DNA of 63,250 bases, the filler included. It is 5 parts of 5 records of this genome, joined end to end, with 100 filler letters (N's around TTAATTAATTAA, not from the genome) between each part and the next. Parts side by side here need not be neighbours in the genome. Positions count along the whole stretch, not along the records: positions 28,774 to 39,533 come from SRR22947725_820; positions 39,634 to 57,518 come from SRR22947725_826; 3 more parts are not named here. The stretch is one strand, 5' to 3'. This document shows, one piece after another, positions 29,210 through 39,635 of the stretch. A model generated the notes under the pieces. The model was not told the DNA's origin and searched no databases. It saw only the letters and a program-made list of their open reading frames with translations. Position 1 is the first letter of the stretch, and each line of letters opens with the position of its first letter. Both the position numbers and the translations under genes were made by a program.

Positions 29210-30835
29210 ATGTTATTTGCCCTACTTGTTTCCTCTGCCGTGTTGTTGGCGTTGGCCTATCGTTTTTACGGCCGGTTCCTGGAGAGCCGTTGCGGGATCG
29301 AGCCAGATCGTGAGACGCCGGCCTGCGAGATCAACGACGGGGTGGACTATGTGCCGACGCGGGCTTCGGTGCTTTTCGGGCACCATTTCTCCTCCATCGC
29401 CGGCGCGGGGCCGATTGTGGGGCCGATCATTGCGGCCTCGGTCTTCGGCTGGTTGCCGACTTGGCTTTGGATTATCGTGGGCTCGATCTTTGTGGGTGGA
29501 GTGCATGATTTCGGCAGCACCTTGATGTCGCTCCGTGACCGGGGGCGCTCCATTACCGCGACCTGCCGTAACTTGATCGGGGAGACGACGGGTAAACTGT
29601 TTCTCATCTTCGTTATCATGGCCTTGGTCTATGTGATCGTGGTCTTCCTCGACTTGACGGTGGTCGGCTTCGTCAACCAACCTGCGGTGGCGACGTCTTC
29701 GGGCTGGTTCATTCTGGTGGCTTTGTTCTTCGGTTTGTTTGCGAAGTGTTCGGCGGTTTCCTATAAGATTCTCATCCCGGTCTTCGTGGGGTTGACCTAC
29801 CTCGGGCTCTGGGTGGGTGTAAAGTTTCCCGCGCCGGCTCTGGATAAAAACGTATGGATGGCGGCCGTGCTCGCCTATTGCTATTTGGCGGCGATCCTGC
29901 CGGTCGGGGTGCTCATGCAGCCCCGCGATTTTCTGAGCGCGACTTTCCTCTATGCGATCATGGCGCTGGGAGTGGTCGGGGTGTTCGCTTTTGACGGCGG
30001 CTTCGACCTGCCGGCCTATACGAGCTTCGAGCCGAAGGACTGGAGCTATCTGGTGCCTTTTCTTTTCATCACTGTCGCCTGCGGTGCGTGCAGCGGTTTC
30101 CACAGCATCGTGAGTAGCGGCACGACTTCGAAGCAGATCCAGACGGAGCGCGATGTGAAAAAAGTCTCCTACGGCGCCATGTTGGTAGAGGGCTTGTTGG
30201 CTGTCTTCGCGCTAGCTTGCGTGGGCGTCTCGGGCGGCATCGGCGAGGGCGGTCCCGTGCAAGCCTTCGCCCGCGGTTCGGCGCTCTTCTTCAACACGAT
30301 CGGTGTGCCGCAAGAGCTCGGCATGACCTTTGCGACCTTGGCGGTGAGCACCTTCCTATTGACAACGCTGGACACCTGCACGCGTTTGACGCGGTTCCTC
30401 CTCGAAGAACTTTTCGACTGGCGCGGGGCAGGAAGCCGCTACCTCGGCTCTTTGCTTGTGCTACTTCTGCCGGCGCTGGCGGGCTTCGCTACCTTTACCG
30501 CACCCGACGGCAGCGTACTGCCGGCGTGGAAGGGGGTCTGGCCGCTGTTTGGTGCGACGAACCAATTGCTGGCCGCTCTCGCGCTGATCACCTTCGTGGT
30601 CTTCCTCAAGCACCGCCGTATCGCCTTCGGCTTTGCGCTCATTCCGGCCGCCGTGATGGTCGTCATGCCCGTGCTCGCGCTGGTCATGATGGTGATCCAA
30701 TACGGCCCTTTCAGCTTGCTCGGCGGCATCGCGTTGGGCATGGTGGTGCTTGGTATTTATGTGACCTTTATGTCGGTGAAATTCGTGTTGGCGCCGCCGA
30801 TGCCGGATGTGGTGGCGGGTCGAGGTGTTGATTGA
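29210..30835 (+). CDS. cstA: Carbon starvation protein A family transporter
   Basis: [60 protein letters not shown]; start probably ATG 29195 or 29210. Confidence 0.93.
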   Translation: MLFALLVSSAVLLALAYRFYGRFLESRCGIEPDRETPACEINDGVDYVPTRASVLFGHHFSSIAGAGPIVGPIIAASVFGWLPTWLWIIVGSIFVGGVHDFGSTLMSLRDRGRSITATCRNLIGETTGKLFLIFVIMALVYVIVVFLDLTVVGFVNQPAVATSSGWFILVALFFGLFAKCSAVSYKILIPVFVGLTYLGLWVGVKFPAPALDKNVWMAAVLAYCYLAAILPVGVLMQPRDFLSATFLYAIMALGVVGVFAFDGGFDLPAYTSFEPKDWSYLVPFLFITVACGACSGFHSIVSSGTTSKQIQTERDVKKVSYGAMLVEGLLAVFALACVGVSGGIGEGGPVQAFARGSALFFNTIGVPQELGMTFATLAVSTFLLTTLDTCTRLTRFLLEELFDWRGAGSRYLGSLLVLLLPALAGFATFTAPDGSVLPAWKGVWPLFGATNQLLAALALITFVVFLKHRRIAFGFALIPAAVMVVMPVLALVMMVIQYGPFSLLGGIALGMVVLGIYVTFMSVKFVLAPPMPDVVAGRGVD

Positions 30836-30910
30836 TGCGCTGGAAATGGAGTATCCCCGCAAGGGCCACAATCTTTATCTAAGGGAACAGATCGACAGAG
30901 TCGGGCGGAC

Positions 30911-31144
30911 GCTCTATCCCTGCTCGTCTATCCCCAGTTCTTCGGGCGGCAACACCTCGGGGCGATTTCCGGGCTCTTTATGACGACCGTGGTCCTTGCG
31001 AGCGCGGTGGGACCGTTTCTCTTCAGTCTTGCGGAAGTCTATCTCGACGGCTATCGGACTGGCTTTGCCTTTTCCGCTTTAGCCGCTGGGGCAATTGCTC
31101 TGACTTCATTGCGGGCGGACAATTCGCAGCGGCGGAAAGGGTAG
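30911..31144 (+). pseudogene. C-terminal remnant of an MFS transporter (not in ORF track)
   Basis: Reads ALSLLVYPQFFGRQHLGAISGLFMTTVVLASAVGPFLFSLAEVYLDGYRTGFAFSALAAGAIALTSLRADNSQRRKG*, typical of the last MFS helices; no upstream in-frame ATG/GTG/TTG before the cstA stop. Confidence 0.7.
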
Positions 31145-31215
31145 CCCGATGCTTCAGCAAGGGTTGTTGCGGTTCGCCTCATCGGCACGTTTGAAGTGCT
31201 TGCTAAAGCTGCACG

Positions 31216-31776
31216 CTACGAGCCGGACGCACTCTTCACCAACTGGGTGAAATCGCGGAAATTTGGGTGTTCGGCGCTGCCGAGGAGGCTGTAAAAAATG
31301 GTTTCGCTGGGGAGGACATGGGCCTCCATGGCGAGGAGTTGCTCTAGCACGGGGGCGCGGTCTTCGGCGCGGCGTTCGCTGATACAGTCGGCGAGTAGGG
31401 TGACGCCGATGTCTTCGCCGAGGGCTTGGACGGCGGTTTGATAGACGCAGATCGAACTTTCGATCCCCGCGATGAGGAGGTGGTCGATCTGGTTGGATTC
31501 GATCCAGCGGTGGAGGCCTTTGGCTTCGAAGGCGGAGAAGGCGCTCTTCTCGAAGACCGGCGTGTTGGGATCCCAGATGGAAGTCAGCGCCTCAGTTGTC
31601 GTGCCGAGCTTTTCCGGGAGTTGTTCCGTCGCGGCGACGGCGACGCCGAGCAGTTCGGCCGCCTGTAGTGCGAAGCGCGTGCGCCGGAGCAGGCGCTCAC
31701 GGTCGGGCATGGCTTTGAGGAAGACGTCTTGGAAATCGATGAGCAGAAGGCCGAGGTGTTGGGTTGGGTCGGACAT
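31216..31776 (-). CDS. Isochorismatase/cysteine hydrolase family protein (YcaC-like)
   Basis: Likely start ATG 31776; LLLIDFQ, TEQLPEKLG, FEKSAFSAF, AGIESSICVYQT (Asp-Lys-Cys triad). Confidence 0.88.
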   Translation of the reverse strand: MSDPTQHLGLLLIDFQDVFLKAMPDRERLLRRTRFALQAAELLGVAVAATEQLPEKLGTTTEALTSIWDPNTPVFEKSAFSAFEAKGLHRWIESNQIDHLLIAGIESSICVYQTAVQALGEDIGVTLLADCISERRAEDRAPVLEQLLAMEAHVLPSETIFYSLLGSAEHPNFRDFTQLVKSASGS

Positions 31777-31778
31777 AA

Positions 31779-31815
31779 GGGAGTGGGGAGTGGGGAGTGG
31801 GGAGTGGGGAGTGGG
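31779..31815 (+). repeat. Heptamer tandem repeat (GGGAGTG)x5 + GG
   Basis: Five perfect units at 31779-31813, filling most of the 43-nt gap between two co-directional genes. Confidence 0.97.
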
Positions 31816-31819
31816 ATAC

Positions 31820-32500
31820 TTAAACCGGATCGGGGAGTCGCTTGCTGTGGACATAGGCTTTGCGGGCGCGGACTTGGACGAGTGATTTGTCTTCGACTAT
31901 GTATGCGGTGAGATGTCCGCCGTAAACGCAGCCGGTGTCGATACCGATCGAGCCGGGGCGTTCGAGCACGTTGGGGCGGGGCGTGTGGCCGTAGATGACG
32001 AAAGGGCGGCCTCCCCAGGTGTCCGCCCACAGTGGTGCATTGGGCTCATCGGAGCGTTTGGCAGGTTTGCCTTTTTTGTCGATCACTTGAATTTTCGTAA
32101 TCGTTTCGACGGATTGGGTCTGCCAGGGCATGCCAGGCAAGAAGCCGCCATGCACGAGGACGGTCTCGATTGTGACATCATAGAGGTATTTGGGCATAGC
32201 TTCGAGGAAGTGCCAGTCCTTGGAGGTCAACTGTGCGATTGTTTTGCGATCATAGTCTTTAAGGAGACTTGGCTTCTTTTTACTACGAGCGGTGAGTAGC
32301 CGCAGCTCGTGGTTGCCGATAATTGCTTCGACTTTAAACGCACGTGCCAGCTCGATCACGCGGTGGCTGTCGGGCCCCCGATTGACGAGGTCGCCTACTT
32401 GAATCACCCGGTCTTCGGGCTCCAGTTCGAGTGCGTTGAGTAGTTCTTCGAATTCGTCGGCGCAGCCGTGGACGTCTCCGATGGCAATAGTTCTTGGCAT
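31820..32500 (-). CDS. Calcineurin-like metallophosphoesterase (ApaH/PrpE-like)
   Basis: GDVHG, GDLVNRG, GNHE, VHGG, GHTP, IDTGCVYGGHLTA. Confidence 0.9.
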   Translation of the reverse strand: MPRTIAIGDVHGCADEFEELLNALELEPEDRVIQVGDLVNRGPDSHRVIELARAFKVEAIIGNHELRLLTARSKKKPSLLKDYDRKTIAQLTSKDWHFLEAMPKYLYDVTIETVLVHGGFLPGMPWQTQSVETITKIQVIDKKGKPAKRSDEPNAPLWADTWGGRPFVIYGHTPRPNVLERPGSIGIDTGCVYGGHLTAYIVEDKSLVQVRARKAYVHSKRLPDPV

Positions 32501-32667
32501 GTGTTGGGTCGATGTGTCGATAAGGTTTCGTCAATGCTCAGGTTTCAGCCACGGCGGATGCCTGCAAGAACATTTCCACGCCTGTCGACAATCTGCGCTG
32601 GGTGCTGGGTTTTGGTTGCAAGATGGAACGCGCTTGGCAGGCTCGGGGACTTAAATTTTCTGCACGC

Positions 32668-33165
32668 ATGGAATGGCAAATTAAAACAATCGCCCGTAAA
32701 TCGTCACTCAGTGGCCAGGCCTTCATCCCGGGCGACCGCGTCGTCTGTTTGATTTTTAAAGACGAGCAGGCTGGAGAACTCGGCCGTGCCGATCTGCGCC
32801 CTGATGAAATTGAGTCATTTGAGCTGCCTGGCGAAGTGCTTGGCCGCTGGTCGCGCGTCGTCAAAGATCCGGACGACGAGGGTGCCCACGCCCGGGAGAC
32901 AATGGCATCCGCGGAAGATTTTTTCTTTTCCCTTTACGAGAACGAGCAACCTGAGGCCGAAGAGGAATCTGACATGCTGAAGCACCTTCTCTCACTCATG
33001 CTGGAGCGTAAACGTGTGCTCCGTGCTGTGGGCGAGCGGCAGAACAAGGACGAGCAGCGCTACCTCCACGTTAAAACCAAGCGAGATTTAACGGTACCGA
33101 TTGTCGATATTTCCACCGAGCTGATGCTCAAAATCGAAGACACCATTGGAGATATTATTCTCTAA
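32668..33165 (+). CDS. Hypothetical protein
   Basis: Likely start ATG 32668 (MEWQIK); coding-like composition; first gene of a three-gene run. Confidence 0.75.
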   Translation: MEWQIKTIARKSSLSGQAFIPGDRVVCLIFKDEQAGELGRADLRPDEIESFELPGEVLGRWSRVVKDPDDEGAHARETMASAEDFFFSLYENEQPEAEEESDMLKHLLSLMLERKRVLRAVGERQNKDEQRYLHVKTKRDLTVPIVDISTELMLKIEDTIGDIIL

Positions 33166-33180
33166 CCACGTAACTAATAT

Positions 33181-33684
33181 ATGCGCCGCTTAACTTTCCC
33201 TGTAATCTTCTTCGCCCTCGCGGTGCTCTCCACCTTTAGCGGCTGTCGGAAAGCCGCCGAGCTCGAAAATGCGATGGTGCCACGGCTTTTGATCGAGACG
33301 CGGGGAGTCAACTATGGTGCTCTTGGCGGTGATGTTGTGACGCTGCCAGTAAGTGGGACTTCGATCGCTGTGCAGGCACAGCCTCTGGTCAGCGAGTTCG
33401 AAATTCTTAATGTAGAGCAGGTCAAAGTTGACATGGGGATGGCCTTGCTCGTGCAAATTAGCCCTAAAGGTGCGCGTGAGCTCTATCGGGGATCGGTCTC
33501 CAACATGGGCGGCCGCATTGTGTTCACAGTCAACGGTAACGCTATCGGCGCACGCCGGATCGACGGCGCCATCCAAGATGGCAATTTCTACACCTTTGTC
33601 GAAGTGGACGACGCCGAGCTGGCTCAGCTTGTGCTCGATATGAAAGAGACTCTCGTTCATATCCAGAACGAAAAAAACAATTAG
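33181..33684 (+). CDS. Lipoprotein with SecD/SecDF P1-head-like subdomain
   Basis: Signal peptide with lipobox FSGC; PKGARELYRGSVSNMGGRIVFTVNGNAIGARRIDGAIQDG resembles the SecD head region. Confidence 0.6.
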   Translation: MRRLTFPVIFFALAVLSTFSGCRKAAELENAMVPRLLIETRGVNYGALGGDVVTLPVSGTSIAVQAQPLVSEFEILNVEQVKVDMGMALLVQISPKGARELYRGSVSNMGGRIVFTVNGNAIGARRIDGAIQDGNFYTFVEVDDAELAQLVLDMKETLVHIQNEKNN

Positions 33685-33708
33685 TCCCGCAAGCGACTTG
33701 CCTGGACA

Positions 33709-34716
33709 ATGAAGACCGCAACGATTTCCCGACTCCTTCCCTGCCTTTTCTTAGTGTTTGCCGCTAAGGCCGGCATTATATGGCCGACGCCCAACCCAGC
33801 CTTTCAAAACGGCCAGCCAATCGAGGCGTACATCCAGCCTACCGCGTCTGGCGTGCCCGAGTCCGGACTTTTCGGCTGCGTGCGCAACAGTGGGAGCCGC
33901 TTTCATGAGGGGATCGATCTTTATCCGATCAAACGTGACAGCCGTGGCGAAGCATTGGATCCAGTGTATGCCGTCCTACCGGGACGGGTTGTCCATGTCA
34001 GTCGCGTCGCCGGATACAGCAGTTATGGCCGCTATGTGGTGATCGAGCACGATGGGGAAGTTCCAGCTTACCACACGCTTTATGCGCATCTCGCCACAGT
34101 AGGGGACGGTATCATGCCAGGGGTTCGGGTCGAAGCCGGCACCGTGCTTGGTATTATGGGCCGTTCGGCCACCTATAGTATCCCTCGTCAGCGAGCGCAC
34201 GTCCACTTCGAGATCGGCTTTCGCCTGACCGATCATTTTCAGTCCTGGTATCACCAGCAGACGTTCGACAGTAAAAATCGCCATGGCGTCTGGAACGGGA
34301 TGAATTTGGTCAGTGTCGACCCCCTCGCATTCTACAAAGCCCTTCGCAAGGGTGAGGTCAAAAACCTCTTCGAGCACCTAAAACGCCTGCCTGCCGTGGC
34401 TCGCATCCGAGTTTACAGTGATCAGGTGCCGGACTTCCTGAAGAACTATCCCGCTCTCGCCACGAAGCCCTTTGAAGGGCGCGCAGTCGTGGCCTGGGAC
34501 ATCGCCTTCACCGAATACGGCGTGCCCAGGGAGTGGACGCCGCGCTTCGCCTCAGAAGGCCTCCCTGGCCATCCCGGCGATGTGACGGTGATCGCTTATA
34601 ATCCGACGCTACTCGAGGCGCAAATGTGCCGCCGTGTCTTGGACGTTGGCGGTAGCAAGCCGACGATTACTTCCGGCACGCTCACCACGATCAAGAAGTT
34701 ATTTCAGTTTAAGTAG
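33709..34716 (+). CDS. M23 family metallopeptidase
   Basis: Signal peptide; HEGID (HxxxD), YGRYVVIEH, LYAHL, HVH (HxH). Confidence 0.9.
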   Translation: MKTATISRLLPCLFLVFAAKAGIIWPTPNPAFQNGQPIEAYIQPTASGVPESGLFGCVRNSGSRFHEGIDLYPIKRDSRGEALDPVYAVLPGRVVHVSRVAGYSSYGRYVVIEHDGEVPAYHTLYAHLATVGDGIMPGVRVEAGTVLGIMGRSATYSIPRQRAHVHFEIGFRLTDHFQSWYHQQTFDSKNRHGVWNGMNLVSVDPLAFYKALRKGEVKNLFEHLKRLPAVARIRVYSDQVPDFLKNYPALATKPFEGRAVVAWDIAFTEYGVPREWTPRFASEGLPGHPGDVTVIAYNPTLLEAQMCRRVLDVGGSKPTITSGTLTTIKKLFQFK

Positions 34717-34744
34717 GCGCTTCACATGTGAAGCCCGTAAGATC

Positions 34745-37294
34745 TTAGGTCTCTTTTGTCGCCTTTCTGGCCGCTTTCTTCGCCGGGCGAGGTGCGAATT
34801 CGAAGCCGATCTTGCCTGTTCCGAAGTCCAAGGTCAGGTGGGCTTTAAAGGGACGCTTGGTGCGCTTGGAGACAAAGCCGTCAAGGAGTGGGGTCTTGCC
34901 CTCGGTAAAGAGCTTTTCGACCTCGGTCGCTTGGAGCTCTTTTTGAAGTATGGTCTTGCCGAGGCGGAAACCTTCGGGTGCATCGTTGGTCTTGAGCTGG
35001 GGCACGTGGTAGGCCTTCTCGGTTTCGTAAAGCTTGGCCTCGGTGCCGTCGGGCAGGGTGAAAGTTTTGATGACCTGCTCGTGCTTGAGCTCTTCAACCG
35101 AGACGGGCTCATCGCCGTCGAAGACAAACTCGGTCTTCCATTTGCCAATCTTGCCGGTCTTGGAAACAGACGGAGCAAGTTTAAGTGCCGCGCTGAAGGG
35201 CTTATTGAAACGGGAGACGAAACCATCGATTTCGGGTAACTGCTTAGTCGAGATAAGTTCCTTCGCTTCGTTCTCGCTTAGTTTACGGCCGGCGATGTGT
35301 TTGGAGATACGGAAATCGCACGCTTGCTCGCGGCACTCGTAGGTGGCGTCAGTCTGCTTAAGGCGGGGCGCGCCGCAGGCCGGGCAGGGGCACTCCAAGT
35401 CGGGGAAGACGCGGTTGACTAGTGTTTGCATGTGGGAGCGGGCTTTTTCGACGACCTCTTCGGTGAAGTGGTTGATCTCTTGCATGAAGGCATCGCGCTT
35501 GATCTCGCCTTTTTCCATCTTGTTCAGCTTGGCTTCCCAGTCGCCTGTCATGGAAGGGCTACTGAGAGCCTGGATATCCATCTCCTCGCAAAGCTCGATC
35601 AGGCGTAGGCCTTTGCCGGTGACATTGAGCTCGCGGCCTTCGCGGGCGATGTATTTTTGTCGGAGTAGGCCCTCGATCGTGGCGGCGCGGGTGGCGGGGG
35701 TGCCGAGGCCGCGCTCGGACATGGCTTCACGTAGTTCGTCGTCGTCGATCAGTTTGCCGGCACCTTCCATCGCGGCAAGCAGAGTTGACTCGGTGTAGCG
35801 CGCGGGCGGATTGGTCGTCTTGTCTTCCACTGCAATCGCTTCGATCTGAGCGGTCTCGCCATCGGAGACTCCGACCAGCTCGTCCTTGCTGGTGGCGACC
35901 CCGGCCACGCGGCCATAGACAGCCAGCCAGCCCGGCTCGGTCAGTGTTTTGCCATTCGTCAGGAAGGTGTCCTTTTCGTCGCCGTGGTGGATCGTAGTGA
36001 GGCGTTTGGTGACCTCAAACTCGGCGTGTGGGAAGAAGACGGCGATGAAGCGCTTGACGACCATCTCGTAGAGCTTGGATTCCTGCTCGTTGAGTTTGAC
36101 GACCCGTCCAGTCGGGATGATCGCGAAGTGATCGGAAACTTTGGCGTTATTGAAGATACGCTTGTTGAAGCTGATACGGTCTTCCTCGATGGCCTTGGCC
36201 GCCCACTTGGCGACGGGGTGGCCGGAGCTGGCCAATTCGCGCATGGTCTCGTGGACTTTGTTCATATAGTCCTCGGGCAGGTAGCGCGAGTCCGTCCGCG
36301 GGTAGGTCAGCATCTTGTGGCGCTCGTAGAGAGCTTGGGCCAGGCCGAGCGTATTCTTTGCGGTGAAAGGGGCTTCACGCTGGAGCGTGGTCAGGTCGTA
36401 GAGTTGAGGCGCAATCTGTTTGGTCGGCTTTTTCACTTCGGTCACAAGGCCTTCTTTCCCCTCACAGCGGGTGCGTATTTTGACAGCGGTTAACTTGTCC
36501 CAAATCCGTTCGGCTCGGCCCTGCGGCTGGGCGGGGTCTTTCTTCCAGCCGAGGTCGATCCATTTGCCCGGATAGTTGCCCTTGGCCACCGCGAAGTCGG
36601 CATGCACCTCCCAGTAGTCTTCCGGGTTAAAGGCTATGATTTCGCGCTCGCGCTTGGCGAGAATGGCGAGGGTGGGGGTTTGCACGCGGCCGGCGGCGGT
36701 GATGTTAAAGCCCCCATGACGGGAGCGGAAGCAGGTGAGCGCACGGGTGGAGTTGAGGCCGACCAGCCAGTCGGACTCGGAGCGGCACTTGGCGGCGTCG
36801 GCGAGGTTGGACATTTGCTCACCCTCGCGAAGCTTTGCCCAAGCTTCTTGGATCGCGCCCGTGGTCATCGATTGCATCCAGAGCCGCTTGACTGGCTTCT
36901 GAATCTCGCCGATGTCCATGATGTATTGAAAGATGAGTTCACCTTCGCGGCCGGCGTCACATGCATTCACGATGACGTCGTATTCTTTTTTCTTAGCTAG
37001 GCTGAGCACATGCTTAAGGCGGCCAGCGCTTTGTTCGATCGGCTGAAGCTCGAATTTCTTGGGAATCGCGGGGAGCACGTTGAAGTTCCACGGCAGGTTC
37101 TTACCATTCGGGCCGGTCGGCATTTTCAACTCGACGAGGTGCCCGACGGCGGAGGTGATCGCGGCCTGGTCGCTTTCGAAGTAGGTCGCATCCCGAGACT
37201 TCCCTTTCTTGGCGAACTTGCCCAATTGTTTGGTGAGGGCGCGGGAGAGGTCGGTCGCGACGGAAGGTTTCTCGGCGATAATTAAATATTTCAT
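34745..37294 (-). CDS. topB: DNA topoisomerase III with C-terminal repeats
   Basis: [48 protein letters not shown]-terminal GFVSK..KPF.A repeats. Confidence 0.93.
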   Translation of the reverse strand: MKYLIIAEKPSVATDLSRALTKQLGKFAKKGKSRDATYFESDQAAITSAVGHLVELKMPTGPNGKNLPWNFNVLPAIPKKFELQPIEQSAGRLKHVLSLAKKKEYDVIVNACDAGREGELIFQYIMDIGEIQKPVKRLWMQSMTTGAIQEAWAKLREGEQMSNLADAAKCRSESDWLVGLNSTRALTCFRSRHGGFNITAAGRVQTPTLAILAKREREIIAFNPEDYWEVHADFAVAKGNYPGKWIDLGWKKDPAQPQGRAERIWDKLTAVKIRTRCEGKEGLVTEVKKPTKQIAPQLYDLTTLQREAPFTAKNTLGLAQALYERHKMLTYPRTDSRYLPEDYMNKVHETMRELASSGHPVAKWAAKAIEEDRISFNKRIFNNAKVSDHFAIIPTGRVVKLNEQESKLYEMVVKRFIAVFFPHAEFEVTKRLTTIHHGDEKDTFLTNGKTLTEPGWLAVYGRVAGVATSKDELVGVSDGETAQIEAIAVEDKTTNPPARYTESTLLAAMEGAGKLIDDDELREAMSERGLGTPATRAATIEGLLRQKYIAREGRELNVTGKGLRLIELCEEMDIQALSSPSMTGDWEAKLNKMEKGEIKRDAFMQEINHFTEEVVEKARSHMQTLVNRVFPDLECPCPACGAPRLKQTDATYECREQACDFRISKHIAGRKLSENEAKELISTKQLPEIDGFVSRFNKPFSAALKLAPSVSKTGKIGKWKTEFVFDGDEPVSVEELKHEQVIKTFTLPDGTEAKLYETEKAYHVPQLKTNDAPEGFRLGKTILQKELQATEVEKLFTEGKTPLLDGFVSKRTKRPFKAHLTLDFGTGKIGFEFAPRPAKKAARKATKET

Positions 37295-37433
37295 AGACTA
37301 TAGAAGCGGTGAGGCCTCCGCAAATCGCGAAGGATCGCTGTTTTTTGGACAGAAAGCGGCGAATAGTACTGGCGTCAACCTTCTTTCTGGTTTTGAGATT
37401 CGCTTTCCCTCGAAGAAACGAATTTTCTGAACT

Positions 37434-38678
37434 ATGCCCTCCATACGCCGAATACGCTATAAGTTTGCGCGCGCAGCGGACGATTTTGCCCAGTTTACTG
37501 CTGACGTGATTTATGATCGTCGGCATGGGCGTGGCGCTGAAATCATGGCGACATGCCTTTACGGGCTCTCTTTTCTGTTCAGCGGGATCGTGCAATTGCG
37601 CTGGTATCTCTATGAGCACCGCATCCTCCGCAATAAGCCTCTAGGCTGTCTTGTTGTGGTGGTGGGTAACCTCACCGTAGGTGGCACCGGTAAGACTCCA
37701 GTGGTCGAAAAAATCGCCCGTACCCTGACCGAGCGCGGGCGCAAGGTCGCGATCCTCAGTCGTGGTTATAAGAGCAAGAAGGAACCTTTGCCCAAAAAAC
37801 TCTGGCGTAAGCTGACCCATGGCACCGAAGCCCCGCCCAAAATCGTGAGCGACGGCAAGACTGTGCTGCTCGACTCTGACGTGGCGGGTGACGAACCCTA
37901 CATGCTGGCGCGCAATCTTCCCGGCGTGGTCGTGCTCTGTGATAAGAATCGGGTCAAAGCCGGTTCCTTTGCCATCCGCCGATTTGGTTGCGACACCTTG
38001 ATTCTTGACGACGGCTTCCAATACCTCCCGCTCAAGGGCAGGCTCAACCTCTTACTCGTCGATAAGACCAATCCTTTCGGCAACCAGCACCTCTTGCCCC
38101 GCGGCATTCTCCGCGAGCCGATCAAGCACCTCTCCCGCGCCAACTATATCTTCCTGACCAAGTCCGACGGCATTCGTGATGACGCATTGCTGGAGATGAT
38201 CCGCGAGAACAATCCGAAGGCCGAAATCATCGAGTGTGCCCACAAGCCACAATACCTGCAATCCGTCAACAGCGCCGAGCGCCTCTCGCTAGACGTCCTC
38301 AAAGGCGCCAGGGTCGGTGCCTTCAGCGGGATCGCCTCGCCCGAGAGTTTCGAAAATATGCTCCGCGACTTCGGTGCCGAGATTCGCTACAATCAGCGCT
38401 TCCTCGACCACCATCGCTTTACCCGTTACGAGATCGAACGCCTCTACCGCAAGGCAGGCAAGGCCGACCTTGAAATGATCGTGACGACCGAGAAGGATGC
38501 GGTCCGCCTCTTCGAGGACATCCAGGCACCCGTCCCCGTCTACTATCTGCGCCTCGAGATTGATATCCTCTCCGGCGAAGAAGACTTCGAGGGCGCGACC
38601 GAGCGGATCTGCCGTCCACGAACGAAAGAGCCCTCGATGACCCGTAGCCCTTGGTCGGAATCTCCGAAAGGGGCTTGA
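37434..38678 (+). CDS. lpxK: Tetraacyldisaccharide 4'-kinase
   Basis: [46 protein letters not shown]. Confidence 0.95.
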   Translation: MPSIRRIRYKFARAADDFAQFTADVIYDRRHGRGAEIMATCLYGLSFLFSGIVQLRWYLYEHRILRNKPLGCLVVVVGNLTVGGTGKTPVVEKIARTLTERGRKVAILSRGYKSKKEPLPKKLWRKLTHGTEAPPKIVSDGKTVLLDSDVAGDEPYMLARNLPGVVVLCDKNRVKAGSFAIRRFGCDTLILDDGFQYLPLKGRLNLLLVDKTNPFGNQHLLPRGILREPIKHLSRANYIFLTKSDGIRDDALLEMIRENNPKAEIIECAHKPQYLQSVNSAERLSLDVLKGARVGAFSGIASPESFENMLRDFGAEIRYNQRFLDHHRFTRYEIERLYRKAGKADLEMIVTTEKDAVRLFEDIQAPVPVYYLRLEIDILSGEEDFEGATERICRPRTKEPSMTRSPWSESPKGA

Positions 38679-38736
38679 TCTCACTATCGGTTTTCGACAC
38701 TGCTTGTGTTTTCCTTCACTACCAAAAACTTTAAAT

Positions 38737-39533
38737 ATGGCTTCCGATACAGCCGATACCGCCACCAAAGACGCTGATCCCAAGGTTCTGGACCTTGAGG
38801 TCAAAGATGCACAGATCATTTTTAATTCCGTTTGGGCGAGCCTGGAGGATGAATTCGGCGAGGAACAGCTTCGCTTTCCCAAGGAGATTTTTTGGCTCAA
38901 TGGTGCACCTGGTGCAGGTAAGGGCACCAATACCGACTTCATCATGCAGTATCGCGACCTAACCGCGCCCCCGCTGGTCGTCAGTAGTCTGCTCAAGAGC
39001 CCCGAGGCGCAGAAGATGAAAGACGCCGGCATGCTGGTGGGTGATCGTGAGGTGATCGAGATCATGCTGCGTAAACTGCTTGATCCTATCTACAAAACGG
39101 GTGCGGTCGTCGACGGTTTTCCCCGTACCAAGGTGCAGGTCGAGTGCGTCAAGCTTCTCTACCAAAAGCTGATCGAACTACGTCTTAAGTTTAAGGAGAC
39201 CCTTTTTACCGAGCATTTCAAAAAGCCCGCCTTCCACATCGTAGTGCTCTTCATCGATGAGAAAGAGAGCGTCAAGCGCCAGGTCAACCGTGGCCTTGAA
39301 GCGCAGGCGCATAACGAAGAGGTGCTGGAATCGGGCGTCGGTGAATTACAGGAACTGCGCCCGACCGACCTAGACCCAGAGGCCGCGCTTAATCGCTATC
39401 GTACCTTTAAGGAAAAAACCTACGGTGCCCTCAAAGACCTGCGGGAGATTTTCTTCTATCACTTCATTAATGCACATGGCCCCATCGAAGTCGTCCGGCA
39501 GCGGATCGACGAAGAACTTCGCTACCAAGGCTC
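38737..39533 (+). CDS. Adenylate/nucleoside monophosphate kinase, extended form (3' truncated)
   Basis: Likely start ATG 38737; P-loop [25 protein letters not shown]. Confidence 0.82.
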
Positions 39534-39633
39534 NNNNNNNNNNNNNNNNNNNNNNNNNNNNNNNNNNNNNNNNNNNNTTAATTAATTAANNNNNNNNNNN
39601 NNNNNNNNNNNNNNNNNNNNNNNNNNNNNNNNN
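39534..39633. other. Artificial contig spacer
   Basis: N44-TTAATTAATTAA-N44; GC-rich to AT-rich switch. Confidence 0.99.
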
Positions 39634-39635
39634 GC

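Noticed and set aside
31779..31815. Heptamer repeat as a CRISPR array
   Set aside because: No spacers, unit far too short, no cas genes.
32624..32638. Sigma54-like TGGAAC-N5-TGGC upstream of the hypothetical gene at 32668
   Set aside because: Mismatches in both the -24 and -12 elements and no supporting activator context; too weak to call.
28726..39165. Many overlapping or antisense ORFs in the GC-rich contig (e.g. 29222-30103, 34634-35239, 38289-39065)
   Set aside because: Shadow ORFs of real genes, expected where stop codons are scarce; no recognisable motifs.
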